A stretch of DNA of 61,016 bases, the filler included, from Sphacelaria rigidula (Eukaryota): the NCBI GenBank assembly GCA_964200075.2. It is 8 parts of 8 records of this genome, joined end to end, with 100 filler letters (N's around TTAATTAATTAA, not from the genome) between each part and the next. Parts side by side here need not be neighbours in the genome. Positions count along the whole stretch, not along the records: positions 45,839 to 53,377 come from CAXNAA020014437.1; positions 53,478 to 61,016 come from CAXNAA020014438.1; 6 more parts are not named here. One strand, written 5' to 3'. Each line of letters opens with the position of its first letter. Within the stretch, counting starts at the first letter, position 1. This document shows positions 46,698-60,284 of the stretch, piece after piece. The position numbers and the translations under genes are program-made. The notes beneath the pieces were generated by a model. The model was not told the origin of the DNA and ran no database searches. It was given only the letters and a program-made list of their open reading frames with translations.

Positions 46698-46892
46698 CGT
46701 CTCTGTGAACTCCAAAACAGCGACTGTCAAGTTCTCCTGCTCTCCTCCCGCATGCTGGCCCTCATCGTCTGTCCACGCAATCCGGAATCCTAGGCCGTAT
46801 GGATCTACCGTGACGTGCTGCTGTTGCCGCGTTGCCGCTGTGGTTGGTAGCAGCATCCCCACATGCACAGCCAACCTGAAGAAAGTCTTCAT
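46698..46892 (-). CDS. Candidate first exon of a gene with a signal-peptide-like N-terminus
   Basis: ATG-initiated MKTFFRLAVHVGMLLPTTAA-TRQQQHVTVDPYGLGFRIAWTDDEG..., followed by a GTAGGT donor after codon 65. Confidence 0.3.
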
Positions 46893-48567
46893 GCCGTATA
46901 GGTTGTACACCGTGGTCGCCGCTGGAACTGTTCTTCCTCTTGAGGAAAGTTTACCGCAGTTAGCCACCCCTGTGTCGTCGTAGTTAGGATACGATCTTTG
47001 CTGTGCGGAGGGCAAGATCTTTCGAGTAAACGAGGTCCAACCTCCTGGTCGAGGTGTGATTGCACAATGGCCACGAAAACGAGTATACGGCGCGGGAATA
47101 TTCAGAAACAATAATTAATCTTCGCTATCGATGCTCTCATCCACATTTCTGGCCCACAGCTTGCTACGGCTGGTCTTGCTGGCCTCCTGATACAGCTGTA
47201 TGCGCGACGAAAAATCGCATCCCGTTGTCATGTTCCAACAACTGTTAGTGTCACGGTGTTAAGCACCTCCAAAAGAGGCTCTTTAGCCGAGTCATGAGAA
47301 CTGATGATGCAAGTAATAATCACAAATACTTTCATACTCCGCCAAAAATATGTTTGTCAAGCAATACCATAAAATAATTCGAATCTTCTCCCCTCTCACA
47401 GCGCGAATCTAAAACGCTTTTACATTCTGGCGTGCGGAACCTTGTTCGGCCAAGTCTTCCTAAAACTACAATATCGCTGCGAGTTAATAACCGTGTATAG
47501 AGACGGCACACAATAGTATCCCTGATGAGCGGATGTTGTCAGAGTTCGGTATCACAATAGCTCCTGTTCCTATGAACGGGTTAATCAGAAGGGTCCACTG
47601 CGCTGGATCCATGATACGCAGTGGTGAGGCATTTGTGCTATGTGTTATGACCGTTACACGCGGCGGGATTCATCACCCTAGTTGGCGTGTACGGGACTTA
47701 CGTACGTGTAGCCTTGATGTCCGAACGTGCGACTGTGCCCTATCCGCTTGATCTTCTCTTTGCCCACCTTGTGCAGCATTACTGCATTTCTTCTCAAAAG
47801 TGATTGGCTGCCAGCCGTGTCCTCTGATCGACTTTCACAGCCAGTCGCCCATCCAAATAATTCATCCATCGAAATGATCCACCGGGCTGCAGACTAAAAC
47901 AGTTCCCACGCGAATACGCTTCGTGTAAAAAGATACCACCGATGCAAGTAGTCGGGGACATTACGACGTGGAAACGCGAGCAAATCCGAATGGATACGGT
48001 ATACTGTACAATACACTGGACCTGACTGGACAAAAAGCTCAAGCCACATTCCGGACCGGCTGGTGTAACTCGTCGATCGATGCTGATTGCGCGTTCTTTT
48101 CCCATGTCGTTGCGCGGTTACGTGACTTTTGCACAGACTTCTGTTCAGCGAGGGATGGCGACAATGCTGCGAAGAGTTCGCCACGAAAGTGGACATACAT
48201 GGACTGATCTTCTGATCAAGAAACGATCATTACTTTGACCTTTGAACCAGTGAGCACTCACCATCCATCACATAAAACCACAACTTCCTGAACTTTGAGT
48301 CACAAAAGTCTCTCGCGGTTTTTTTTGGTGCCGGCTCGATCTCGTCCAAAGTACCATACGGAATAAAAAACGAGTCAGATATCCCGTCATTTCGTGGGTA
48401 CGTCGTCCGTGCCCGTCAGTTGAGCCAGTATATTGTCATCGGCGCTGGAATCCGCGATCGTCGTCAGCAACGCACCACGACCCCCCTTCAGCATTTGAAG
48501 TATGCAATCGGGTTTGTAACAAGGCGGTGTTGACGATAGATATTTGTTTTGTTTTGTTTTCTCTGGG

Positions 48568-49185
48568 AGCATTGTGCTCGTCTCGCTAAACACCGTCAAA
48601 ATGATCTTTGCTTCTTGTATTGTGTCAGATAGATGCCTCATGTGTGACACATTTTTTATGGGGTGTTTTTTGCACTTTGGTGCAGGCTGCATCAGTTATA
48701 GGTATACCTGACTAGGCAATGGGACACTGACTGGTCCACGGGCGCTTGTGGTATTTCTGCCCGGGTTCTGGGATACCTCTGGTTTCACTGACACCAGAGT
48801 ATAGGACAAAGTCCTCGCGTTAGTACCAAAGCGGTGGGTCTGATGTTTATCTTGCGAGCATTGTGCTCTTTGTTGGTGAAATATCGACATGTTATTTGCT
48901 TCGTATAATTTTGTGGCATACACGTGTGTCCCATGTGATAATCCACAAGATGCGTTGCACTTTGGTGCTGGATGCATCTGCTGGTTCTCCATGTTTGGGC
49001 ACTGGGACACTGGTCGGTCCACGGGCGCCTGGGTTTTTCGTGTCCGGGTTCTGGGATACCTTCAGTTCCGCTGACACCGAAATACTACGGCGTCTTCGTC
49101 TTAGTAACAAAGCGGTGAATACGATGCTTTCGGCCTGTGAGCATTGTGCCCTTTTTTTGTCTAAGCATCGTCAAAATGATCAGCA
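48568..49185. repeat. Degenerate tandem duplication, about 285-bp unit
   Basis: GAGCATTGTGC at about 48567, 48856 and 49139; TGCACTTTGGTGC and CCGGGTTCTGGGATACCT each occur twice. Confidence 0.8.
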
Positions 49186-49619
49186 CTACCCCGATTGCTG
49201 AGATGTTATCTTCCTTGGGAAGTTATCTTCCAGTCACCGTTGACATGTCGAATATTTTTCCGTTCGTGTCTGCATTGTTCTAACGTCGTTTTTGTTTTCT
49301 TCTCTTGTGACTCTCCTTGATCTCCGAATTGTGATCCCGGGCTACTGTTCAACCATTGAGCGTTTTGCTAGGACGCTGGAACAGGCTATTGAAAAATCAC
49401 ATCGGTTTCCGTTACCCGGTATTTTCGGATTTCGACTCCGGATGTGAGCGCTTTGCTAACCCGATGTCATGACGGTATATATCGAGGATGTGTCTACTTC
49501 GTGATGTTTCGTCAGCTCGATAGGTTAGGTCAGCTGCTGGGCTGTATCTTTCGAGTCTCATTAATCTCCGGGTTTTGATTGACGCTGCCGCAGTTGCTGC
49601 TATTGTCGCTGTTGCTGAA

Positions 49620-51330
49620 GTGGACGGTACTTCACCGTGAAGAATCTCATCTGGGAACTTATTTTCCGGGTTTGCGGCAGTGACAGAACGGTTGATAGCA
49701 CGCGCTGCTCAACCAAACGACTGTGCCCACAACCTGTCTGAAAAGTCTACAACGTATAGTTCCTTGGCTCGAATGCGAACAGCTGTAGCAGCTGCTGCCA
49801 TCGCTATCGCGCACTCAGCTATATTGTTGCGCAATGGACTATCTGCCGGCGTGAACTCCCGCCTGATGCAACTTGTTCCACAGAGACCACTAAAGACCCC
49901 GCAAACCCGCCTCCGCTATCGTATCTCATAGTTTTTACCACCGACGGAAGGCAGTTAGACCCAACATTCGCAAGGAACAACAACTCGAAAGCCCTCGTGA
50001 TGTCCGACTTGTGGTTTCTAAAGTACATCCAGATTATCCTCGAAAAAATATCCCGAATGAGAAATGAGTACCTCGCCCCTCGAACACTCTCTACCGACTG
50101 CGGACCAGATGCATCCATCAAAACTTCATCTAACGGCTGAACTGCACGTGTACCTGTCGATGTAGGAATGAGTTTTCGTGACCCCTTCGCCAGAGAGCAC
50201 CACTTGCATTTCATCAACTCGCCCACTAAGGTCACCCGTTGTTGCTTCGCCGTCTTCCGTAGCATATTTCGTTTAGGTGACCGTGGGATTGATGAAAAAG
50301 ACTGATGGCAACTGTACAGTATCGGCATTGACAGGCATCTTTCAAGGAGCGAGAACAGCGTTCGCGGATTCAGTGGGGTCAGCTTTCACGATGGTAGACC
50401 CAACAAGCGGCGGTAGAAGTCGAGTCACATTCATAAAATCATACCTCCCTACTTTATTACACACGATACCCCTGTCATCAGGGAGCGTGATCAATGTACC
50501 CTCTCTCTTCAGGCTCACCACAGTCTGAAGGGAGAATACGTTCACGTCGAGGTCTGGAAAATCAACCACACTGCTGAAGCTGAAGCTTAATTTCCGGCCA
50601 TGACATTGCATTGCCAGTTATACCTTACCATGACCTAATATCGGTACTGGCTGACTGTTGACTACAGTTGATGATTTGGTATTATCGCATGACTTGTAGC
50701 CAATCATTGAATGGGGCGATGAGCACACTCGATGTGTCGTGGCGCTATCTGGAACCCAAACCTTCTTATCATCCACATCTGACACTGGTTGATCATCCTC
50801 TGGCACGTTGATTACAGACTCGTCATTACGCCAAAATCGACCGATCCCTTGACGCCATCAATCATATCGCTGGCGCCTCGTGCACCATGACCCTTTCCCC
50901 TACACCCCTCGCAAACACATTCTGGAGATCGCGATTCGATCTTCCCAGGTTTACCGCACCCGTAGCACACTCATTATTTCCTTGGTCGTCCCAATACCGA
51001 GCACGCTGGAAGTAATACCGATACTATCACACCCACTCTGCACCCCACCATTGCCCGCCCCTGTTACGAGTTTCGGCTGCTTGCTTCCACGCCCTTTGTC
51101 GCTGCCTTTTTCGGTAGAGCCCTTGCCGATCCCCGCGAACAGGGCGCGGTTGTGATCAGCGCCCTTCCAGTCACCTGTCTGTCTTAGGGACACCGGAATT
51201 ATTGGCCGCAGCATGGTCATTCTCGGGACACAGTGTCCATTCAAGGTCCACATTCTACTTCCAATCGATCATGGCGGCAATGATCTAGCGGTCGAATATC
51301 GAGGCGGGAATGATCCTCTGGATAGCACAA
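49620..51330 (-). mobile_element. Ty1/copia retrotransposon remnant (gag knuckles-protease-integrase; RT absent)
   Basis: Two degenerate knuckles CYGCGKPG and CEGCRGKGH (about 50967-50885); protease WVPDSATTH; pre-integrase CKWCSLAK; integrase LMDASGP...YSFLIRDIFSRIIWMYF...RYDSGGGF...TPADSPLRNNIAE...LWAQ. Integrase directly after the protease is copia order. Confidence 0.9.
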
Positions 51331-52863
51331 CATAAAACCTCAGGTACATGGATATAGATACTACATCATTGACTGGCAAAGGGCCAAAATAGTCAAAGGA
51401 CATGACGTGGTCAGGTTCGTTTGGTATTGCCAAAGAAATGACCGACTAGCGAACTATTCGTCAGGAGGTCCTGTCGTGCTTGAGATTAGAAGCATCACCG
51501 GACTGGATATATGTGGCAATGCATGTGGAAACTTTCCAGCAGATCCATCTGTGGGAGCCGTCCAGCATCGCCAAGGTGCTCATGACACCTAGGTGGCAGG
51601 ACAAATGAGTTTGGGATCCTTTCATGGTCCGGGAGTGAATCAGTAAATATGCATATACGTGCGATGGCCCGCCAACGAGGCAGACGCGCATGGCGGCCGT
51701 TAACAGTAGCCGGGCCTGCACCAGGTGGAAGCATGGTACGACATCCTACCGTTAATGCCAGTGTAAAAAGTGGGTGCAGGCGGCCTACGCACGGACCTGA
51801 ACGTAATTTGGATTCGGCAACTCCGTTTCGAGAGTTGCACTTTGAAATTTGGCATGGAGTATTGCAGGGGCATTACGACAACAACTGTGGTTCATTTTTC
51901 AATGAGCTAAGGGCGTTTGAACGGAAACTGGTTTTTGTTTCGCCCTGAACTCGAAAATATAATCGAAATGCCCCACAGCTGTTGTTTTCGGGATGCCTCC
52001 TGCACTACTCCTTACCAAGTATCGAGGCACAACTCTCAAAACTGAGGTTCTGCTCCCCTCGCAATGTCTTCAATTTAGTATGAAATATTATGTGCGCCAC
52101 ATCTCTCAAAAGATGACGAATTAAGTGAACGTGAAGGTATCGATTTTTTCCCGTGCCCCAAGGAATGTTTCCATTTATAATCAGCACCATCCACTGGTTT
52201 TATTGTGATGAGGTTTCATGTAGACTTGAGTGTCGAGATATCTCTGAACGTCACGAAATTGACTCGACATGGAGTTTATTCATCGGGGAAGAATTTGACC
52301 GGGCTGTTGAGTAAATGGGCATATGTCCGTTGATTAGGCAATTAAAAAGATGTACGAATCACGGCCCATTTTTTCTGCATCGATGAGATATAGCTACGAC
52401 AATTTAAATCCGTGTTCAGGCTGACCCAGCTCGTAGTCATGGTAGGCGCAATGTACCCATCTGTGGATACCGCTCTATGTATGTGCATATCGAACACTTG
52501 CCTGCAAACACATGCATCCAAGAGAGACAAACCTGTCGAAAAAAATGTCTCACCAGCAACATGAGCGAGTATCTGGAAGCTCCATCACGTGTGTTATGGA
52601 TGGATATCCTGTACCCTGCGTAATCAAAGCTACGGTCGTAAGAGTTCAACATTAGGAGTCACCGTAAGCACTGACAATCGCTCTGAAAATCTGGGAGACG
52701 ACCTAAATCCCCGACTCACGGGCAATCCGTGCTCCACACATTGAGAGAGTTAAAGCATCTCGCTGCGGAGCACCCTTCGGCGATAGGACTACTGCAACGA
52801 CCTTCAGCATGGGGAACCAGATTTCTTCCTTCTTGTGTAGCATACGTAGCCTAACCGCAGACA

Positions 52864-53090
52864 GTCGGTTGCCCCGGTGGCTCAGTTGGTAGCCTCGAAA
52901 CCCTCTGGCGGTTGAGTCTTGGGTTCAATTATCGGAGCAATCTGGGATTTGTTTATCACACCGTGCCCAACAGTGGAGAGCAACTACGTCGTGGGTACAC
53001 AAAAGTCGACTTAACGGTCGACGAGGGAAAGAGACTGCTGAACCTCTCTCGCGATAAAAAATAATGGCAAGCGCCGCAGGAGGAAGGTGG
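52864..53090 (+). mobile_element. tRNA-derived SINE family A
   Basis: Same head and body as 21285; followed by (GTT)n at about 53096-53140. Confidence 0.85.
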
Positions 53091-53093
53091 GGT

Positions 53094-53140
<47 letters not shown>

Positions 53141-53377
53141 CTTCACATTAAAAAGTCGTTCCGGTATCTGCGCAGTGCTGTACTGGGCATCTGACTCGGG
53201 CGTCTTCCGTGGTCACAGGCTACCACCCCATCTTAGGGTTGAAGGAAAATCAAGAAGTAAAAACGGACTTACGAAAAATTCACACACACGCGATACAAGA
53301 TAAACAAAACAAAAACAAAAAAGATGAAGAGAGAAAGAAGAAAGAAGGAACCTATCCTTGGACCTCTGAGAGGACAG

Positions 53378-53477
53378 NNNNNNNNNNNNNNNNNNNNNNN
53401 NNNNNNNNNNNNNNNNNNNNNTTAATTAATTAANNNNNNNNNNNNNNNNNNNNNNNNNNNNNNNNNNNNNNNNNNNN
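53378..53477. other. Artificial contig spacer
   Basis: N44-TTAATTAATTAA-N44. Confidence 0.98.
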
Positions 53478-56400
53478 CAAGAACCTCATGACATAACGAC
53501 ACCCCTCATCGGGTGGGGTTCACCCCCACCCCTCACGTACATACTGCTTGTAATACCTGAAGGTAGCGTTCTCAGGATTTAGGGCGTCAAAAACAATGGT
53601 TGACGCCAGACTAATGTTTTCAAACCACAAACCACAACCCAAGGCAGCGAAATACACCCTTGGGGGAGAGATGTGTGCGGAGTATCCCGGGCAAGATGTG
53701 AGCAGGTGGAGATCAGACGCAGATTTAGTTAAATGAGTGTGCTGAGCACGGCGAGGGCAGGTTCCCGGACCGTCGGATTCTGGAGCATCGAGGGATTCAT
53801 ATTCCACATTTCCGGTTTCAGCTTCTGCCCGACACCAAATACTTCACCCAACTTTGAAGGACCTACGACCTGGATGTACCTGTGCTGTTGTCCGTACTGT
53901 CGTCTGACGAGTACTCCGATGTACATGGTGACTGATATCTACCGTAAAATTCCTCATCTATGCCTCACTACATGACTGACAGTCAGTGGTGTACTGCTTC
54001 TGAGATACACCCCTGACCCTGAGGAAAACACAGACGGAGGAACACGCACGATCGTGTTGACCTCGAGTGAAATTAGTACGGCTGGTCTCTATATCGAATG
54101 TGCCCCACTATACTCGTAGATCGATAGTGGTTATAAATTATTCTCAAATGGGTGAGCGGACATGCGGTAGCTAGAAGCAAGAGCAGTGTGAATCGGTGAT
54201 GACGTTAGCAGCGGCGAGGTCCGAAATGCCCCATCTGTCCATCAGATGACTTTCGGCATCCGCTCTTTCCTGGAGATCTACCGATGCCTATTGCCTGGTT
54301 GTCTGAAAAAAGGCAGACGAGGGTGTAGTCGCCAGATGAACTGAGGCTGACCGCTCCTCACTCGCGCTGAAGGCCTTTGAATTTCATTCTTTACACTCAC
54401 CGGAGGGTTCACGAAGGGCCAACATCCCAGTATGGCAGGTGATCATCACAGTTCTCAAAACTTACCGCGAAAGACAACTTCACCTTAGATTCAGATATGT
54501 CGCCCCCCCCCCCTTCTGCTTTCCCGGTGTCAGGGTGGGTCACAGGCTGCACGTCCTATCCGGTGTCTCCCCGTTTCACAGGCAATGGAAATCAGATCTC
54601 GCTCCGAGCGTATGCGAAGATTTTCAGATCGAACGACCTACTGGCGACATGGTCAATGACGACCAGCAAACAGGAGAACACATGAAGAGGGCAAGGTCGG
54701 CGAGTCTGGGGTATACACATGGGAGGGTCTTTGATGTTCGTAGAGCTATGTGCTACGTACACAGCAATCAGGATCGTATCATGGTCAGAACAGGGATAGC
54801 CAAGAAGATTACTCGCGCAAGACTACGCGGACACTGCCTGTGGGTGCGTTGTGTGTGAACATACGCATGTATACAACGCATTGACACGAAAAAATACAGT
54901 AAAGGCGCTCCTCAGCGTGTTGTGTTGACCGCCGTGGGGGTGCCATCAGAGGTCACATGTATTCGTTACACACCTACTGGCAGTACAACGACTCAACTCA
55001 CCTGGAACGTCCCTGGTCCTGGCACTGCCTGGTGCTTTCCTCTTCTGGAGCGCAGGGTGGAAGCTGCCCCAAAACTCCCCAAATATATTTATTGGTGTGC
55101 TGAGGTGGGTTGTTGTACGCTAATAGAGACCATGATCATAATAAGAGATCCAGGCCGTACTGCAGACAACACAAGAGTACAGCAGTAGTACTGTACTACA
55201 TCAGTAGTACAGCAAATTGTGCGGTACACTACTGTAGAGTATAGTAGTCAGCAGAGAAAAATACAATTTAGTCAGCACGATAGAGTGAATACAGCGCTGT
55301 GTAGACATACACATTAGTATTGTATAATGGGCGGTGTTTGCATCACGGCGCAAGAACGCCGACAACTCCATTTTTTGGTACTAAATTATAGATAGTAGTA
55401 CCGTCAAGGTACTATGTTGTGTTACAAGGGGCAGAAGAAGACAAGATATGAATAGTATAGGTTCTTTACTGTTTAAAAAAATTAAGTATCATATTGCAAA
55501 ATGAGACTGCCCTGTAATGGATTAGCCGCGGGGATACCATCCTTCCCCGAAAAATGAGAGATTGCCATGCAAATTTGAATGTTGGACTAAAAAAATGCAC
55601 AGTGTAGTAATTCCAGGTGAAACGTGGTGAAGGTCTTCGTTGTTCGGTCGCCGGTCCGAGACCATAACGGGGGGTTGATGAAATTTTCTAAAACACGGGA
55701 ATAACCACCTGGGATACACCGGACTGACTGAAGAGCCCAATACGGCCCGGTACTGATTGAGCCCTGCCCCTGCACATCAAATACCCCACAACGCCCATTG
55801 CGCGTGAAATTTTCGTCAAGATCTTCAACGTGGTGTTCTTTATTCGCCGTCCGCTTCCCTACGGCGTGCGAACATAGGAGGGCACGGATAGCCGTTTCCT
55901 CCTTTGTCACTACCAAAGTCACCCGAAACAGATTATTTGTTAATTGTTGAGAATACTCTACTCGTAGTTGTTGTGGCTGCTTGTACCGTCTCTGGTAAGG
56001 GTTTGAGTGCATCACAGGGGCGAGCGATGCCTGGGCGCGGGGCGCGGGAGCGCAAACACTCACCTCAGCCGAGCACATGGAGGAGGTTCAAAGATGCGCT
56101 GTCAAGCAACCAGAACTTTGAGTACTTATACTGGTGTCAGGTGAGAGCGCCCTAGCGACTGCTGCAGTGTATGCGGCGTATCTATAAACGATGCTCGTAG
56201 AATTCAGAGTAACCGCGGTAAAAGTAATGACATGAACGCATATCTTGGCTAGTATTGCAGTAGTCGGGCGAACCGGTTGTACTAAAACAACTGTACTTGA
56301 CTCTCTGTTTAATGGTCTGTACTGGTCTGTACTGGTCTGTACACTGTACATTGCAATCGAAACAATTCCGCCTGCCCTTCTTGGCTCAAACTTGTCTTGT

Positions 56401-56912
56401 ATTGCCTTCATCCACATCCGAAGAAAATGGGAAGAAGACTCCCTGGGGCCCTACGAGCTGGGCCAGCCTAGAAGCGGATATCTGGGCTGCAGGTACCGCT
56501 GGAATAAAGTGGGGTACTAAAAAAAAAACTGAGAATCCTGTGTTTCGGCTAGTCTTGGGCACCGAACCACTCAAAATTTCGACACGATATCGACAGTTCC
56601 GTGTCAAATATCGATCATTTTCCATAAATTTCGGCGAAGCCGAAGCGCGACAGTAGTGAGCGGGCGAGCGTAGCCGACTCCGCTCGCTGTGATAGCCCCA
56701 AATCCTCCCCCCTCCCCGGCTGACGAGGATGCGCCGTGGGAGGCTGGCCGGAGGCAAGAAAATTGGGCTTTTGGGCCTCATTTCTCATGAAAATTGGCCT
56801 ACTGTATTCAAGGCCTCCCAGTCCAGCAGAAATGAACGTGTCTGGGTTTGACAAAACCCGACAATCACCAGAGAGCCTCATGGAGCTGGCCGAAGAAACA
56901 TGAGTAAATTCT

Positions 56913-58122
56913 CAGGCACTGGGCCCACAGATAGGGGCAAAAATTTTGAGTGGAAACATTTTTCGACCGATCAGAGTCTTCACATACACCGAAATGCAAC
57001 GACCTTTCTTCAATCAGATGAGAAAAACGAGTGGAATATGAGTGAAAAAGTAGCTTTGATTGGACCACAAATTGCGCTGCTGCGAGACAGACAGCTGCCA
57101 CCATCTATCACTGAGGATACAGCAGCTTCGTGTTGACTCAGTTCGTTTGTCCCAACCTGTACGCACCCGCGTTGCGTGTCTTCCCCGATCACAGCATGGT
57201 CACCTCCCACAGATATGGGTGACTCGAAGTGAACTAAACATTTTAAGCGCGATTATGGCCGAGCGTTTGAGAATCGCCACTCCACAAAAATCGAGGACCC
57301 ACCCGAAATCAGCGGAGGAACTATCGCATGGGACATGTCTTGTATCACTGAGCTGCAGCACAAAGGCACTAATGCTTTGTCTCGTGTGCTGTAGCTGTCG
57401 CTACGCTGTGGTGTCTTCAGGCCTTCGTGATGACGGTTTGATTTCCGCTGGGACTGCCCGAGTTGCTTCATTATTGTCACTGCGCTCGTCTCCATTAAAA
57501 AAAGTGTTGTCGGCACGCAGTGCTGTCTACACTCCGTAGAAACGTTCATGGTGTGTTGGCTGTTTATATTGAGTCAAACGAACAAGGCGCTTCCGAAACC
57601 CATCATTTTTATGCTGTAGTTGTCGCCGTCCTGTTGTGCATCTAAACACTCCACGACGAACACGGTACGATGTGCGCTGGGGAGTGCCTGAAGAGTTGTA
57701 CTGCTGCATGCTGTGTTTCGGTCTCCACAGAATTGGCGTGGGATCAAAGTGCTATCCAAACAAAGAAAGGGTAAAACAATCACGTGGCGGCTGTGCAACT
57801 GTCTGTTGCGTCTTCTCTAGTACTCAAGTTATAGCCGGATGCTGTGATCGGGGAAGACACGCAACGCGGGTGCGTACAGGTTGGGGCAAACGAACTGAGC
57901 CAGCACGAAGCTGCTGTATCCTCAGTGATTGATGATGGCAGCTGTCTGTCTCGCAGCGGCGCAATGTGTGGCCCGATCAAAGCTACTTTTTGACTCATAT
58001 TCCACTCGTTTTTCTCATCTGATTGAAAAAAGGTCGCCGCATGTCGGTGTATGTGAAGACTCCGATTGGTCGAAAAATGTTTCCACTCAAAATTCTTACC
58101 CCTATCTGTGGGCTCGGTACCT
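56913..58122. mobile_element. About 1.2-kb foldback element with about 280-bp TIRs
   Basis: 56923-57197 and 57839-58113 are closely matching reverse complements (GCCCACAGATAGGGG...TCTTCCCCGATCACAGCAT). Confidence 0.88.
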
Positions 58123-59170
58123 AGGAAGGCTCACAACCAAAAGCAGGTTCGACAAAAGAAGCCTATCCAGCAGAGTCAGGAGCATGAAGCATATGATTTC
58201 ACAAATTGCGGATGGATTTGCGTTCGAGGATGAGCCTTTGGAATCTTCATAAGGATCGAAATATTCGGAAAAAATTGCAAATGCCTTCTCCGGCCGTGAT
58301 ATGCGGCCTCGCTCACTAACAGGGGGAAATGAAAAATGGGAACAAACAGAGGTCAACGGTTCGAAGAAAACACTGGATGTTTCAAAATAATTGCTGTTTT
58401 CCTTCAAGTGAGCCAGACCACGGCCGGAGAACGCATTTGTATTTTCCCCCGAAAGTATTCCGATGCTCGTTTGTGAACGTTCCCAAGGCTCGGACCAACT
58501 TTCATGGCAACGAATCTCGTTTTTTTTTAGACCTCGATTTTGAAAATATCGGGGAGACTCAGATTCGCGAACTCAAAATCGGGGGGGCCGTTTTATGGTA
58601 AAGACAGACTGTCTCATGGATTTGTGAGACCGCTCTGTACATGGTCATTTCCTGAAATAGTGTTGTGTTGCGTACTCGTGCATGCAGCCGAAGAGCAAGC
58701 GGGCGGTGAATATTCCTTCGAGTATAGTGTCGTACCTCGGCACCCTAGGGTGATACAGTGCAGGACACTCCATCATTACATGATGGTGCCGTTTGGTAGT
58801 ACATGATGGACAGTCAGTATAACGAGAACAGTGAGCAAAAACGGTGCGCTAGAAGAGTCCAGTGGTGCAGTGCTACGTATACACCACCCTGCAACTACAG
58901 CGACAACAGAGTAGGAGTGTACAGTACCGTTCGTTGTAATGACACATATGACAGCGCAGTGCAGCATATAATATTACCATTGCCGTAGGGGACGGCGTCA
59001 GCACTTCTTATCCGCGTGTCAAAACCCTGTGCGAAGCTGCCTCGGCAGCTGGCGCGGGCAGGCACGCCCTGCGCTGTCATGAGACTGTCTTCTGCTGCAG
59101 TTTCGAAGATATCATACGCCTCGTACCCTACCGCTGTACGTCACCTGCATGTACGTCACCTAAAACAAAT

Positions 59171-60006
59171 GGCGCGAGCTATTTGCAGGTGGGGTATGCA
59201 AATAAGAACGAGCAGGTCGCGAACGCCTCCGGAGCCAAATCCGCAAGAAACCCAATTTCAAATCGAAATGCTGCACACACGAAACAACGGTCGGTCGCAC
59301 TCCACAGCAGCTCACAGCAGGGCAGTAACACCGAACAAATTTTTCTTGTAGCAGGACAGGATACCGCAAACATGGGCGTTGATGAGTTCTCTGCTCGACA
59401 TCACCGGGAAAAATCAAGTGAATCGTTTTTTCTGGAAGCACCTCCTTGAGGCAATTTCTCAAAGAACAACAAAATTGTCAATGCTGCGGCGTCATGGACA
59501 CCAGGCCATCAGCTCAGTGTTCGAACGTAATCTTGTCATGTGTGTGTGCGAATACATGGCCACAACTGACAGTAGTACGATACAGGAACACGCCTCGATA
59601 GCCTGCACAGTACACAGTGTGTACAGACAGCGTGGTATCACGATAACAGCGGTGCAAATGCGGTATTCTCGATAGTAGGTAGCTGATGCGTATACAGTCG
59701 GTGTGTTCAGAGCATCCATTCAATCGAGCATGCGCGTTGCTTGGTTGACCAAGAACCCAATACGACTGTTGGCTTGTCAATGTCGAGTATGGAGCTCATC
59801 GCCGCCGACGTATTATGTGGTCTTGTACCCTACGACAAGATCCTTTCTTGCCTGCCCTGCTGTGGACTACTGTGGAGTGCGACCGACCGTTGTTTCGTGT
59901 GTGCAGCATTTCGATTTGAAATTGGGTTTATTGTGGATTTGGTTCTGGAGGCGTTTGCGACCCGCCCGCTCTTATTTGCATACCCCACCTGCAAATAGGT
60001 CGCGCC
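59171..60006. mobile_element. About 840-bp foldback element, probably Mutator-related non-autonomous
   Basis: Starts GGCGCGA..TATTTGCAGGTGGGGTATGCAAATAAGA, mirrored at the right end; pairing decays toward the centre near 59600; flanks AAAACAAAT / AAAAACAAT resemble a degenerate 9-bp TSD. Confidence 0.85.
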
Positions 60007-60284
60007 AAAAACAATCGGGGGGAGTCACGATCTCGGAACGATTTCCCCCGATTATTTCGAACAATCGGGGGAAATCGTTTTAAGATCTTGACACCCCGAT
60101 TTTTCTCCCCCAATTTGGTCCAAATCGGTGTACTTAAAATGCGTGCCCCATTTTGTTCCCAAGATGCTCGGAAAAATCGAGATTGGTGACTGCCATAATG
60201 TAGTGTCTTCCCTTTGTCCAATTATTAAAATTTACCAACCAACCAACCAATTAATTCATAATTTCCAGGAATGTGCACGGATTA

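Noticed and set aside
55587..56078. 163-aa minus-strand ORF
   Set aside because: No recognisable domain or splice pattern; cannot be supported as a gene.
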